A stretch of 64,000 nt of DNA, from IMG/VR virus record IMGVR_UViG_3300020202_000075, positions 1,180 to 65,179 of that record; one strand, 5' to 3'. The first letter of the stretch is position 1. The number at the start of each line of letters is the position of its first letter. The notes under the pieces were generated by a model that was not told where the DNA came from, did not search any database, and saw only the letters and a program-made list of their open reading frames with translations. Position numbers and translations under genes: made by a program. This stretch comes from a virus (lineage: Duplodnaviria; Caudoviricetes). Of this stretch, positions 17,871 through 27,385 are shown one piece after another.

Positions 17871-17895
17871 TTGTTTTTCTCCTTGTTGTTATGGC

Positions 17896-19107
17896 TTACG
17901 AAGCGGACCCGATCATTCGGCACGCCCATTCCGGTCGAACTGCCTTGTAACCGTAGAGCACGTCAATTCTCGTAATCTGCTCGTCGTTGCGAATGTCAGA
18001 ATCAGTCCAGACACGCAGCGAAAGACCCTCGACGGTCTTGCGAACGCACTTGTCCGCACCAGCCATCAGCGGAAGCTCACCCGTAACGAACGTGAACGCC
18101 TCCTTCTGGTACATGATCGGCTGCACGTAGTTCGTGCTCGTAGAACCGACGAACGTAACGGCCTTCGTCGTGTAGTTAGACGCAGTGATCGCCGCACCAG
18201 TCGACGTGCCGACGTTCCTCCGCGCACCCGAGATGTAGATCGGGGGCGAGAAGTTCAGATCGGTGGTCGTGGAGCCCGAAGTCACCGTGAACTGCATCAG
18301 GTGCGGGAACGCGGCCTTCGTCTCGGGGTGGACTTCGTACAGGTCGGCGATGGTGAACACCATGCCCTCAACCGGAGCGGTCGAGAAGCCCGTAACCGTC
18401 AGATCCTCGTCGCCGTTGGTGATGGTGTACGTGTCCAGCGAGCCAGCCACGTCAGCGCTATTCGGCATCGTCCAGACGCGCTCGTTCTCGTAGTAGTCGG
18501 CCATCGCGGTACGACCCACGAAACCCTCGCGGTACTGCGTCTTGAGCTGGCCAGAATCCTGAAACAGACCCGACAGGCCGTTGACGAGATGCGCCATCGT
18601 CACCGAGTCCATCTGAATGTACCGGTCGGTTTTCGGCGCAAGCGCCTGGTTGAGCTTCGCGCGGGCAAGACCCGGCACCGAAAGGTTGGTGATCGCCGTC
18701 CCGGCAGTACCGGCAACGCGAGCCACCGCTTTCGTGCAACCCTGCAGAACATCGTTCTCGATGTCCGACACAAGCACCTTCACGGCAGGCGCGATCTTGC
18801 GCTTGGAGAAGTCGTCAATGTCGGTGAACAGTTCCGCCGAGTTGAAGCGCATGGCAACGTGCTTCTGCGTCGCCATCGTCAGCGTCGTGGAAACTTCCGT
18901 CGAGTCCTGCACTTCGATTGCTCGGCCAGTCGTCACCGAATACTGCTCGGGCAGACGGATACGCAGGGTGTTGCCGTGCTTCGCTCCAGACTGACCGAAG
19001 CTCGAATCGAACTGGCGGTCAATGGTCCCAATGAAGGACAACTCTTCGTGTGCGATCCGCATGACCTCATTGGTGATCATGTCAATCGTAAGATTCGTGT
19101 TGCTCAC
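17896..19107 (-). CDS. major capsid protein (P22 gp5 family)
   Basis: MSNTNLTIDMIT, GNTLRIRLP, TRIDVLYGYKAVRPEWACR. Confidence 0.93.
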   Translation of the reverse strand: MSNTNLTIDMITNEVMRIAHEELSFIGTIDRQFDSSFGQSGAKHGNTLRIRLPEQYSVTTGRAIEVQDSTEVSTTLTMATQKHVAMRFNSAELFTDIDDFSKRKIAPAVKVLVSDIENDVLQGCTKAVARVAGTAGTAITNLSVPGLARAKLNQALAPKTDRYIQMDSVTMAHLVNGLSGLFQDSGQLKTQYREGFVGRTAMADYYENERVWTMPNSADVAGSLDTYTITNGDEDLTVTGFSTAPVEGMVFTIADLYEVHPETKAAFPHLMQFTVTSGSTTTDLNFSPPIYISGARRNVGTSTGAAITASNYTTKAVTFVGSTSTNYVQPIMYQKEAFTFVTGELPLMAGADKCVRKTVEGLSLRVWTDSDIRNDEQITRIDVLYGYKAVRPEWACRMIGSAS

Positions 19108-19131
19108 GTTTGAACTCTCTTTTTATTCTTG

Positions 19132-19950
19132 TTAGCGAGTCCTCCCGAGCTGTCGATTCCTGATCTTCACGAAATCCTTGAAGTCCATTCCGTCCTTGAT
19201 TTCCGTAGCGGTGTTAGCCGCTGCGGCTCCCTGGACCGGAGTAATCGGAGCCGGAGCACTGGAGGGTTTCTTTGGCTTCGGCGGTTCAGCGGATAGCTTC
19301 GCAGCGAGACGCGCGATCTCCTTGGCCTGCCGCAGAGTATTGAGACCGGCGATGCGCCGCGCCTCGTCGGGGTTCTTGGCAAGGTGGTAGGCCACTTGCG
19401 GGCCGTTGTCCTCGTCCATGATCGCCACGACTAGAGCGTTGACGGGTTTAAGCTCCCCGACAACGGAATCGAAGTCCTCGGCTTCCGCCGCAAACTTCTC
19501 AACCTTTTCCTCCCAAGATGCAGTCAAGTCCTGTACGAACTTTCTCTGCTGCTGGGCGGAACGCTCCGTTTCCTCTTTGGTCTTGGCCTGCTTGACCGCG
19601 TACTCAGCCTTGGCTTTAGCGAACTCCTCGATGTCGGAGAACTGCTCCAGCTTCGGCTCGTTAGGATCAGGCGAGGGCTTGCTTTGCGAGCGCAATTCCT
19701 CGATCTGACGCCTTAGTAGGTCTGCTTCTGCTCTTGCTTCTGCTGCCTTCCGGTAAGCCGTGTTTATCCTTCGTCTCTGTCGGGCCTCAGCCTTTTCTCG
19801 GTCATCGGCGACGACAGGTTTGTCAGGCGTCTCGCCTGCAGGCGTTGATGTTTCAACGACAGGCGCGGGCGTCTCGCTCGCTGGAGTGGCATTCGCCACT
19901 ACCGCCGCAGGTACGGCGGTGGTTGCTACTTCGGCTACAGCTTCAGTCAT
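19132..19950 (-). CDS. scaffolding protein
   Basis: Coiled-coil, GPQVAYHLAKNPDEA, SSAPAPITPV; ATGA overlap with HNH stop. Confidence 0.88.
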   Translation of the reverse strand: MTEAVAEVATTAVPAAVVANATPASETPAPVVETSTPAGETPDKPVVADDREKAEARQRRRINTAYRKAAEARAEADLLRRQIEELRSQSKPSPDPNEPKLEQFSDIEEFAKAKAEYAVKQAKTKEETERSAQQQRKFVQDLTASWEEKVEKFAAEAEDFDSVVGELKPVNALVVAIMDEDNGPQVAYHLAKNPDEARRIAGLNTLRQAKEIARLAAKLSAEPPKPKKPSSAPAPITPVQGAAAANTATEIKDGMDFKDFVKIRNRQLGRTR

Positions 19951-20525
19951 TGCATCCTTGCAATGTTGCACGAGTGATCCGCACTCGCTACGGAGGGAGC
20001 ATCGGTCGGCATATCCGGCCAATGCTTGTTGTTCTTCCTAAGGTTCTCCACGCCAGGGATGACACGGAGGTTGTGTTCCACGTGGAGCCCACAAACAAGC
20101 GGCGAGATGAGCGGTACGATGTGGTCAACGTGCCAATCAATTCCGGTCATCTTTGTTCTTAGATCGGCAAGCCGGTAAGCCTCTTCGATGAAGAACTGAT
20201 TGGCCCACGCGGGAGTGGCTTGGCGTTTCGCGGCCTTACGACGCGATGTGTAGTGACGAAATAGCGCTGCGTTCTCCTTCACCCACGCAGCCCGTTTTTC
20301 CTTATTCGCCGCTCTGTAGGCGGCATTCGAGCGGCGCTTCTGTTCCGGGTTAAGACGAATGCGCTCAAGTTCTTTCTTGTTGATGCGATCCTTGTTGGCG
20401 TCTCTGTACGCCTTTTGCTTTGCCCTTATCGCCTCCCTGTTGGCCGCGTAGTACGCCTTATGCTTGGCGAGAATAGATTCCCTATTCCTAGCCGCATAAG
20501 CCTTGTGGTACTCGCGGTCGTACAT
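19947..20525 (-). CDS. HNH endonuclease
   Basis: ATPAWAN...WHVDHIVPL..VCGLHVEHNLRVIPG.EN..KNN. Confidence 0.9.
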   Translation of the reverse strand: MYDREYHKAYAARNRESILAKHKAYYAANREAIRAKQKAYRDANKDRINKKELERIRLNPEQKRRSNAAYRAANKEKRAAWVKENAALFRHYTSRRKAAKRQATPAWANQFFIEEAYRLADLRTKMTGIDWHVDHIVPLISPLVCGLHVEHNLRVIPGVENLRKNNKHWPDMPTDAPSVASADHSCNIARMQ

Positions 20526-20893
20526 CAGATTGGGCGGTACGCCACAGTGATTGATCCCGTACCGGAGTCGTTGGGGTTCACGATCAACGACGTTTCAAAA
20601 CGGATGCCGGGGAACGAAAGATTCGTCCCGGCAGCAAGAGATGCGGGCAGCGTGATTACGTCCGTAGACGAGTCCTGAATCGGGCAGGTATGCGCCGAAA
20701 GAACGGTGTTCACGTAGACGCCGAAGAGGAGTGCCGGGCCGTCGTAGACGGTCGTGGAGTTGTCCGCTACGTCCACCACCTTGTATAGAGTCTCGGTGTG
20801 AACGGCGCGGGTCGCCTCTTTCAGACCGGATGCATCGGTGGAGGTCTTTACAGGTACAAGCTCCGCGATGGTCGCGGTGCGGGCTGTTGCCAT
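20525..20893 (-). CDS. hypothetical virion-associated protein
   Basis: AAGGA RBS; beta-rich. Confidence 0.65.
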   Translation of the reverse strand: MATARTATIAELVPVKTSTDASGLKEATRAVHTETLYKVVDVADNSTTVYDGPALLFGVYVNTVLSAHTCPIQDSSTDVITLPASLAAGTNLSFPGIRFETSLIVNPNDSGTGSITVAYRPI

Positions 20894-20986
20894 TCCTTCG
20901 TCTCCTTCGCCTTGCGGCGCGGATGTCTTTTCCAGCCTCTTAGCGGGCTGTTTGGGGTGCTACACTTTCAGACGTGATGGCCTAAG

Positions 20987-21385
20987 TCAAATGCTCGCCG
21001 CCACCAGCAAAAGCAGGACGGTTTCCTCCTCCAACAACTGCAATTCCTTAAGCCTTCGGCCTATCTCCGTCGCTATCAGCCGCTCCCGCATCATGTTCAG
21101 GAGGTCTAGGTACTGAGCCTCAAACTCAATCCCCTGTAGCTCAAGCTCCCTCTCCAAGTGCTCAAGCCTCTGCTGCTCGTCTAGGCTTAGTAGGTCGGCT
21201 TGCTGGGCGGCAACCTGCGAGATGACCTTTGCTACCTTTGGGATGACCCCGAACTTCTCTCGGGCCTCCCGAATATCGTCCTTGGTTCTGAGCGTCCCTA
21301 GATTGGCAAAGCCTGACCCATCGCCGGATATTGAGCCGAAGAACCCGCCGCCAAAAAACTTCCCCCCGAAGAACCTCCCGCTAAT
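20987..21385 (-). CDS. hypothetical protein with probable ATT start (132 aa)
   Basis: Open frame GRFFGGKFFGGGFFG...EEETVLLLLVAASI; GGAG 7 nt before ATT; in-frame stop upstream. Confidence 0.7.
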   Translation of the reverse strand: MSGRFFGGKFFGGGFFGSISGDGSGFANLGTLRTKDDIREAREKFGVIPKVAKVISQVAAQQADLLSLDEQQRLEHLERELELQGIEFEAQYLDLLNMMRERLIATEIGRRLKELQLLEEETVLLLLVAASI

Positions 21386-22403
21386 TCGGAATCTCCATCA
21401 CGTTCACCCACGCGATTTGAGTAGCGGTGTTCGCGTCCGTGTTCAGGTTGATGAAGTCGCCGGAATTTAGTGTGGCTATAGTGGCGTTTGAGTTTCGAGT
21501 AAGGTTGGTTACGGAGATAGTGGCGGTAATGCGGTGTGCCGCCGCTACTGCCGATCCGCTCGGCACCACATGCCACCGAATTGTTCTTGTGCCCCCGGAG
21601 CTATTCACGTAGGACAGTGCCGCCAAATTCACCCCGCCAACCGCGAACGTATTGCCTATGATCATTGCGTTCGTGTTAGCGGGGGCGGTGTAAACGGTGT
21701 TATCGCCCGTCGCCAAGCTGAGTAACTTCGCGCTCTTAACAGAGATGGTGCTGTCGAACTCGACTACCCAAACAATGACGTTTAGCCCGTTGGTGGTCGC
21801 TACGTTAACCGCTAATGTTTCTCCTGCCTCTGCGATGTACCCAACCGTGCTGGTTGAGGCGGCCGCCGTTCCAACGGTTGCAGTAGAGGCGAGCCGGTAA
21901 TACGTCCCGCTGATCTTGACGGTCGGGTAAAACGCTATCGTTCCGGCAGAATCGTTATAGCCAAAGTAGACTCCAACAAGCCAACGCTTACCCGTAGGAA
22001 CCGTCGCAGCGCCACCACCAGACAACACAAGATCGTTGTCGCCGGTAGCAAGCCCGCCACCACGCACCAGAACGTACTTGCACCCGGTCATGAAAACCCC
22101 ACCGGGGACTGTCGGACCTACACCTAGCGTCGTCCTCTGAGCGGCAGCATTGGCGTCGTCAAGCAACGCCCTGCCTGCAGAAGTGCAGGCGATCTCCTCA
22201 ACATCACCCGCCCCGGAGCTAGACCGGCCTAGTACCTTGTCCGTAGCGCTTACGTTCTGCAGCTTGGCATAGGTAACGGCATCATCGGCAATCTGTGATG
22301 TAGACACCGTACCGTTAAGGGTGTGTTCCGCCGTCCAGGCTATTTCTCCGTCCCCCGAGAACGTGCCGTCAGGCGTGGTGCTGTGGACTACGCTTAGAGC
22401 CAT
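21381..22403 (-). CDS. fiber/decoration-like structural protein
   Basis: IADDAVTYAKLQNV, GRALLDDANAAAQRTTLG fiber-type motifs. Confidence 0.7.
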   Translation of the reverse strand: MALSVVHSTTPDGTFSGDGEIAWTAEHTLNGTVSTSQIADDAVTYAKLQNVSATDKVLGRSSSGAGDVEEIACTSAGRALLDDANAAAQRTTLGVGPTVPGGVFMTGCKYVLVRGGGLATGDNDLVLSGGGAATVPTGKRWLVGVYFGYNDSAGTIAFYPTVKISGTYYRLASTATVGTAAASTSTVGYIAEAGETLAVNVATTNGLNVIVWVVEFDSTISVKSAKLLSLATGDNTVYTAPANTNAMIIGNTFAVGGVNLAALSYVNSSGGTRTIRWHVVPSGSAVAAAHRITATISVTNLTRNSNATIATLNSGDFINLNTDANTATQIAWVNVMEIPN

Positions 22404-24751
22404 TACTGCACCGTCGCCGGGACGACACTAGCGCCGATCAACCTGCCAGCTTCGTCACGCTGAATCCCGCCGATCTTCTTGGGCTGGCTCACCGCTTGAG
22501 CTATAGCAACCATCCCCTCGGACTGCTTCGCCTCGATCCGCTCAAGGGTCTGGAGGAAACCCTGCATCATCTGCTGGAGGGTCTGAGCGAACATCGGCAT
22601 GGCGTTTTGCAGGAGAGGGGCTTCTTCCTCCTTCACCTTCGCCTGTAGTTCCTGATCGCGCTTCGCGGCTTCGTCCTTCGCACGGCATTCAATCTGGAAC
22701 TGCTGCTCCTGCTGCTGGAGTCCCAACTTCGCCTCGGCAACCATCCGCTCAAGCTCGATCTTCGCTTGGGCCTTTTCTCTCTCTAGCTGAAGCTCCTGCG
22801 CCTGCACCTGTGCCTTCAACTGAAGCTCGGCCTTCTTCGCCTCCATGTCGGCCATCACTTTTTCTCTGGCTTGCTGGGCACCTGACTTCAACTCGGCGTT
22901 CTCCGCCTGTAGAAGCTGCCCCGCCTCCTGCATCTGCGCCATCTGTGCGGCAACTTGGGGAGGAATGGGCTCCTGTCCATCCGCAGGGTCTTGCAGCGGA
23001 GGGGGAAGAAGTCTCTTGAACCGCTCGGCAAACTTGTCCGCCATCGGCCAGTCCATAGACTTGAAGATCAAATCCCCCGCGATCTTCAGAATCTCGGGCT
23101 GGGACTTGAGCATCTCTACGGCCGCCTCTGCGGCCTCCTGACGCTTCGTGTTGTAGGACGGACCAACAGTAACGGTCACGTCGTACTTCCCCACCCCGAG
23201 GTTGTAAGAGGTCTTGGTCTGATCCCCAACCTGGTACTCGTAAACCGCTTGTTCCTGATCTGGATCGATCTGAGCAGTGGTTACGGTCCCATCCTCGCCG
23301 GTAAGACGAACGATGCGCTTCGTGTCGATGATTCTCGGAGCAAGGTCGAGAAGAATCCGGCCAAGGTGCTTGATGGAGATGGCCTGGTTGTCCCCGAAGT
23401 GATACGTCCCCGTATCCGATGACCTTTGCAGAGCAAGAATTGCCCTACCGGACTGCTGAGACTCAGACTCTCCAACTGAAGCCCGGAACATCCCCAAGGC
23501 GGTTTGGACGTTCCGCTCCAAGAGGGGGAGCATCGCCATCATCCCCGCCTCGACCTGGGAGGGCTCTTGTCTCTTGGGGGCCGCTACGACGTTATTTGCA
23601 ACGTCAATCGGCTTGTAGGTCAGGTAGGCGCGGTTCTCTACATTGGCCCGCTCCCACTCATGCTCATGGCCCTCCGCCTGCCCCTCGGCAAGAATGAACG
23701 GCGCTTTAGGAGCAAGACCGACCTTCTCAGTAATGGTGGATAGCCAGTAGTTGTAAGCCCGCAGAACATCCTTAGCCGGTCTTACCAACCCCCAAAGCTT
23801 TCTCTTGCCGTCAACGAACGACTCTCTCCCGACTACCTCGATGATGGGGATGTATTTCCCCGCCCAATCTCTTTTCTCAAGAACCTCCACCCCGGAGTGC
23901 TTGCACCACTTCACAGACTTACGGGCAGAAGGTCGGCGGTCCTCAACCATATCTTCAGGACCGTCGAACTCATCGGCAAAGACAGTCGTGCCATCAACAA
24001 GGAAAAGAAGGTCTACCTGCGTCCTGACCACATAGAAGTATTCACAGACGACGATCTTTTCTTCCGAGCGCCAGAACGTCCCGACTTCCTCGGGTAAGTC
24101 ATCAAACGCCGCCCTTGAGTTTTTCGCCTTCGGAAACTTCGCCTTGAAGTCCGCGACGGACATTTCCTCGAAAATCCATCCCTCCTCCGCATCCGACCCA
24201 TCAGGGGAAATGTGCGACCCGAGGTAGCAGGCAAAGGTATTCGGAACCCGGACGATCTTGATTTCCTGATCGAATGAATCCGGTGCGACGTAATCTGTCG
24301 TTACCCTGAAAAATCCCAAACCGACCTTCGCCGCAGACTCGATAGCCGTTGAGTAGGCGATCTGAGCGTCGGACTGATCCTCGATGTGCCGCACCAGTTC
24401 TTGCAGGACTCTTGCGGTCTTTACATCTGCTCCATCGTCAATCGGACGGACCTTGATGCCCGGCTTGTCCTTTCTGGCGTCGTTTACGATTTGCGTCAGG
24501 TATTGGTTGAGATGATCCGATGTGAGACACGGACGCGCACCGTTGGGGTCTTTCTCCCTCGCAGCCCTGACTTCGGATGGCCACTGGTCGAGGTCTGCAA
24601 ACCTCTGGTCGTCCTTCATCAGACGCCTTTCCTCCTCCTCGGCGTCGATGCAGGCTTTCAGATGCTCGCGCGAGCGCTTCAGCAGCTCTTCGTCTGCTTT
24701 TTGCGCTTCGGTTTTCTCGACCGCTTCTGCGGTTCTTGTTCTTTTTGCCAT
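22403..24751 (-). CDS. portal protein (P22-like)
   Basis: DQWP...RPCLT, YIPIIEVVG, SGRAILA, GKYDVTVTVGPSY.TKR; long C-terminal coiled coil. Confidence 0.93.
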   Translation of the reverse strand: MAKRTRTAEAVEKTEAQKADEELLKRSREHLKACIDAEEEERRLMKDDQRFADLDQWPSEVRAAREKDPNGARPCLTSDHLNQYLTQIVNDARKDKPGIKVRPIDDGADVKTARVLQELVRHIEDQSDAQIAYSTAIESAAKVGLGFFRVTTDYVAPDSFDQEIKIVRVPNTFACYLGSHISPDGSDAEEGWIFEEMSVADFKAKFPKAKNSRAAFDDLPEEVGTFWRSEEKIVVCEYFYVVRTQVDLLFLVDGTTVFADEFDGPEDMVEDRRPSARKSVKWCKHSGVEVLEKRDWAGKYIPIIEVVGRESFVDGKRKLWGLVRPAKDVLRAYNYWLSTITEKVGLAPKAPFILAEGQAEGHEHEWERANVENRAYLTYKPIDVANNVVAAPKRQEPSQVEAGMMAMLPLLERNVQTALGMFRASVGESESQQSGRAILALQRSSDTGTYHFGDNQAISIKHLGRILLDLAPRIIDTKRIVRLTGEDGTVTTAQIDPDQEQAVYEYQVGDQTKTSYNLGVGKYDVTVTVGPSYNTKRQEAAEAAVEMLKSQPEILKIAGDLIFKSMDWPMADKFAERFKRLLPPPLQDPADGQEPIPPQVAAQMAQMQEAGQLLQAENAELKSGAQQAREKVMADMEAKKAELQLKAQVQAQELQLEREKAQAKIELERMVAEAKLGLQQQEQQFQIECRAKDEAAKRDQELQAKVKEEEAPLLQNAMPMFAQTLQQMMQGFLQTLERIEAKQSEGMVAIAQAVSQPKKIGGIQRDEAGRLIGASVVPATVQ

Positions 24752-24760
24752 CTCTTACTC

Positions 24761-27385
24761 CTACGCCATCCACCCCACGGCTTGAGGGATGTTCCTTCGC
24801 GGGGGCGGTGCTGGGGCGCGTTCCTCTTTCGGGAACACAATCTTCAAGTCCGGCTCGCAGATGCGCGAGAGTGCGTCTAGTTGATCGTCGTGCAGGGCAT
24901 GGGGGAAGGCGACGTATTCTTCCTCCACGAACGTCTGCACCAGATTTACCGGCACGCGCTCCCAATTTGTGACGTGCAACGTCTCTGGTAGCCAAATCTT
25001 CCCCTGCTCGAAAAGAGGAAGAAGTCTCTTGATGCGGTCGATCTTTGATGTTTGGCCTGCAACTTCTCGAATCTGGAAGCGGTAGTTCTCCTGCTCCATC
25101 TTGCCCTGCAAGGCTTCGATGTCGGCCATCATCCCGTAGCGCTCGTATCTCACTTCACGCGGTTTCCACTTCCTATGCAGATCGAAAACCCGCTGGCAGC
25201 GCTCGGCAAGGTTCAGCCTGTCCCTCACCATATCCAACACGTAGTAATTGCCGTCAGGGCCAAGACCCACCACCATCATCGCGCTGTAGTCGGAGCCCTT
25301 CTTCTTGCTTGAGGCCGCGTCCACCAGAAGATAGCGGTTCAACTTGTCGCTGTTGGAAACCCGCTTGTAATGACGTAACCACTCACGGCGGAAACCTTGC
25401 GCCGTATCAGCGGCGGGGTTCATCAGGATTTGGCTCGAATACGAGTAGGGCCCCATGTCACGGCGCTTCTCGAAATGAACCTCCTCGGGCCAGTAGACTG
25501 ACTTGCCGTCCTCCGTCCCACCTTCCCTGCCTGGATAGATACGGGGAATCGCAGTACCGCGCTTGATGATCGTCCCGTAAGCGTCTGCGTGGTGCCAACG
25601 AGTACCGGCGAATCTCCTGCATCCGCCCAACTTCCCGAGGTTGTAACTTTCCTCGAGACGGGTCATGGTCTTTTCGATCATCTCCGGTGTAGTCACCGAC
25701 GCCTGCACAACCACGTCGTCGTAAAGAAGCACCCGGAAATGCTTGGAAACCGGCTGGCCATCAACAAGGCCCCACGCTTCTACCGTCGCTTCGTTTGGGT
25801 TCGACTTTCTCTTGACGATGATCCCGTCGTCCTCGGACCACTTCGGAGCCTGCCGCGTGTCCTCCCAAAGAATGTCGGGAAACGCCGCCTTTAATGTGGC
25901 GTTCGTCTCCAGCTCGCGCATGATTAAACGGAGGAACGCCTTGGAGATCGGGCGTGTATGGCTGAAAATTCCGACCGTCACTTCCGGGTCTTTCAGGATG
26001 TCCTGAATCGTCAGCCCGAAAGTGATGATGGAACTGTTGTGCGTCGGGATCAGCTCTTTGCCGGCGAGGTACATCCCGCCCTCAACCTGAATGCAGCGCG
26101 TCGGCACACTTTCAATCTGTTCTATCTTGCTGACCAATCGCGTATCGCGGTGCAGATACTTGTCTATCGCTCTATCAGCCTTGCGCTTCAAGGCAAATGG
26201 GTTGCGGTCCTTGTGCGCTTGGAATGAAACTCGCCAAACAGGATACGGCTCGCCTTCATACATCTTCTCGTAGTAGGCGAAGCGAGGACGCAATCCCAAA
26301 CCTGCGGCCAACTCAAAAACCTGTCTCGCAAGTCTCTCGTTCGTATTTACGAAATCTGCAGTGCCCCGGTCGTTGCAGTAACCATCCGTATCCATGAGGC
26401 CGCGCAGTAATTCGGTGCGCTGGTGGATTGAGGCGCGCATGTACTTCTCAGGGATGTGCTTGTTCTTCCAAAGCCCCATCCTGCGAAGCACGCCGCCCAT
26501 TCCGGTCCCGCGCTTACCCTTGATCCCCGGATCAATGGCGTAATTCGAGCAATTCCTTTGGCGGCCATACGGCAGTTCGACAACAACGCATCCTTTAGAC
26601 CTGATACGTTCGATCAATTCCCGGTCGGCGTCGGCGCAGGTAATTACGGGCTTGGTGGCTGTTCCGTCGCCAAGCCACGCCCCCAGGACATAGGGGTCTA
26701 TCTCTAGGTTCTGCGCCACCGGCATCTCCAGCGCAGCAGCCACCCCGACATCACAACGATAGTCACCAGAAAGCTGCTCCGTGGTAACTACTTCCTCCGT
26801 AAACCTGATTTCGCGTAAGTCGCTATTCGCAACGCGGTGCTTGTGCTTGACTCGTAGCTTCCAAAAGTGACCCGCGCCGGCCACGATCTCGGCCCCATCG
26901 TGGAACGTCACTCGGTAGCACTTGGACGTTGTATAGCGCTCGCTCAACGCCAGAACGCGAACCTGCTTCCCGCTTGGAGCGAATACCACGTCTCCTACTT
27001 CGAGCTGGCCGTGTGTCGTCCAACCTCGATTAGCAGTGAGCATCGGCGTATCGTCGGCTAAGTCTTTCCCATGCTCCCGCGCCCATAGGTCTATGTGACC
27101 GTTGGGCGAGGTTTCGACCTCCCTGCACCTAGCGTAGAACCAGGGGTGGTAAAGGTCTTGCCGCTTGCACGCCCGCACAAGCATGTAGAAGAGGTCGGCT
27201 TGGCAAAGTATCCGCACCGCCCCGAGCAGGTTGCCTTCCTTCCTGCCCTTCATTTCAATCTCGTCCCAGACTTCGGCAGCGGACTTCATACGAAGGGTGC
27301 GAAGTTTCTTGCCGGTGTCGGCAATCACGTCTGCCGGCAGACGATCAGCGACTACTTCTTTCTTCTTTCTTACCGACGCGCCCAA
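24761..27385 (-). CDS. terL: terminase large subunit, intein-containing
   Basis: AREHGK/S Walker A split by intein, LLYDD Walker B, GTRWH, LLVDAA and HDDQLDA nuclease motifs. Confidence 0.93.
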   Translation of the reverse strand: MGASVRKKKEVVADRLPADVIADTGKKLRTLRMKSAAEVWDEIEMKGRKEGNLLGAVRILCQADLFYMLVRACKRQDLYHPWFYARCREVETSPNGHIDLWAREHGKDLADDTPMLTANRGWTTHGQLEVGDVVFAPSGKQVRVLALSERYTTSKCYRVTFHDGAEIVAGAGHFWKLRVKHKHRVANSDLREIRFTEEVVTTEQLSGDYRCDVGVAAALEMPVAQNLEIDPYVLGAWLGDGTATKPVITCADADRELIERIRSKGCVVVELPYGRQRNCSNYAIDPGIKGKRGTGMGGVLRRMGLWKNKHIPEKYMRASIHQRTELLRGLMDTDGYCNDRGTADFVNTNERLARQVFELAAGLGLRPRFAYYEKMYEGEPYPVWRVSFQAHKDRNPFALKRKADRAIDKYLHRDTRLVSKIEQIESVPTRCIQVEGGMYLAGKELIPTHNSSIITFGLTIQDILKDPEVTVGIFSHTRPISKAFLRLIMRELETNATLKAAFPDILWEDTRQAPKWSEDDGIIVKRKSNPNEATVEAWGLVDGQPVSKHFRVLLYDDVVVQASVTTPEMIEKTMTRLEESYNLGKLGGCRRFAGTRWHHADAYGTIIKRGTAIPRIYPGREGGTEDGKSVYWPEEVHFEKRRDMGPYSYSSQILMNPAADTAQGFRREWLRHYKRVSNSDKLNRYLLVDAASSKKKGSDYSAMMVVGLGPDGNYYVLDMVRDRLNLAERCQRVFDLHRKWKPREVRYERYGMMADIEALQGKMEQENYRFQIREVAGQTSKIDRIKRLLPLFEQGKIWLPETLHVTNWERVPVNLVQTFVEEEYVAFPHALHDDQLDALSRICEPDLKIVFPKEERAPAPPPRRNIPQAVGWMA
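26036..27064 (-). mobile_element. intein (343 aa) with LAGLIDADG homing endonuclease, class-3 signature
   Basis: Starts DLADDTPML, block B GHFW, block F TRCIQV, ends PTHN|S; LGAWLGDG and LRGLMDTDG. Confidence 0.9.

Noticed and set aside
18301-19113. 270-aa plus-strand ORF and similar long antisense ORFs (e.g. 8689-9552, 53820-54599)
   Set aside because: Antisense shadows of GC-rich coding genes with clear motifs on the other strand
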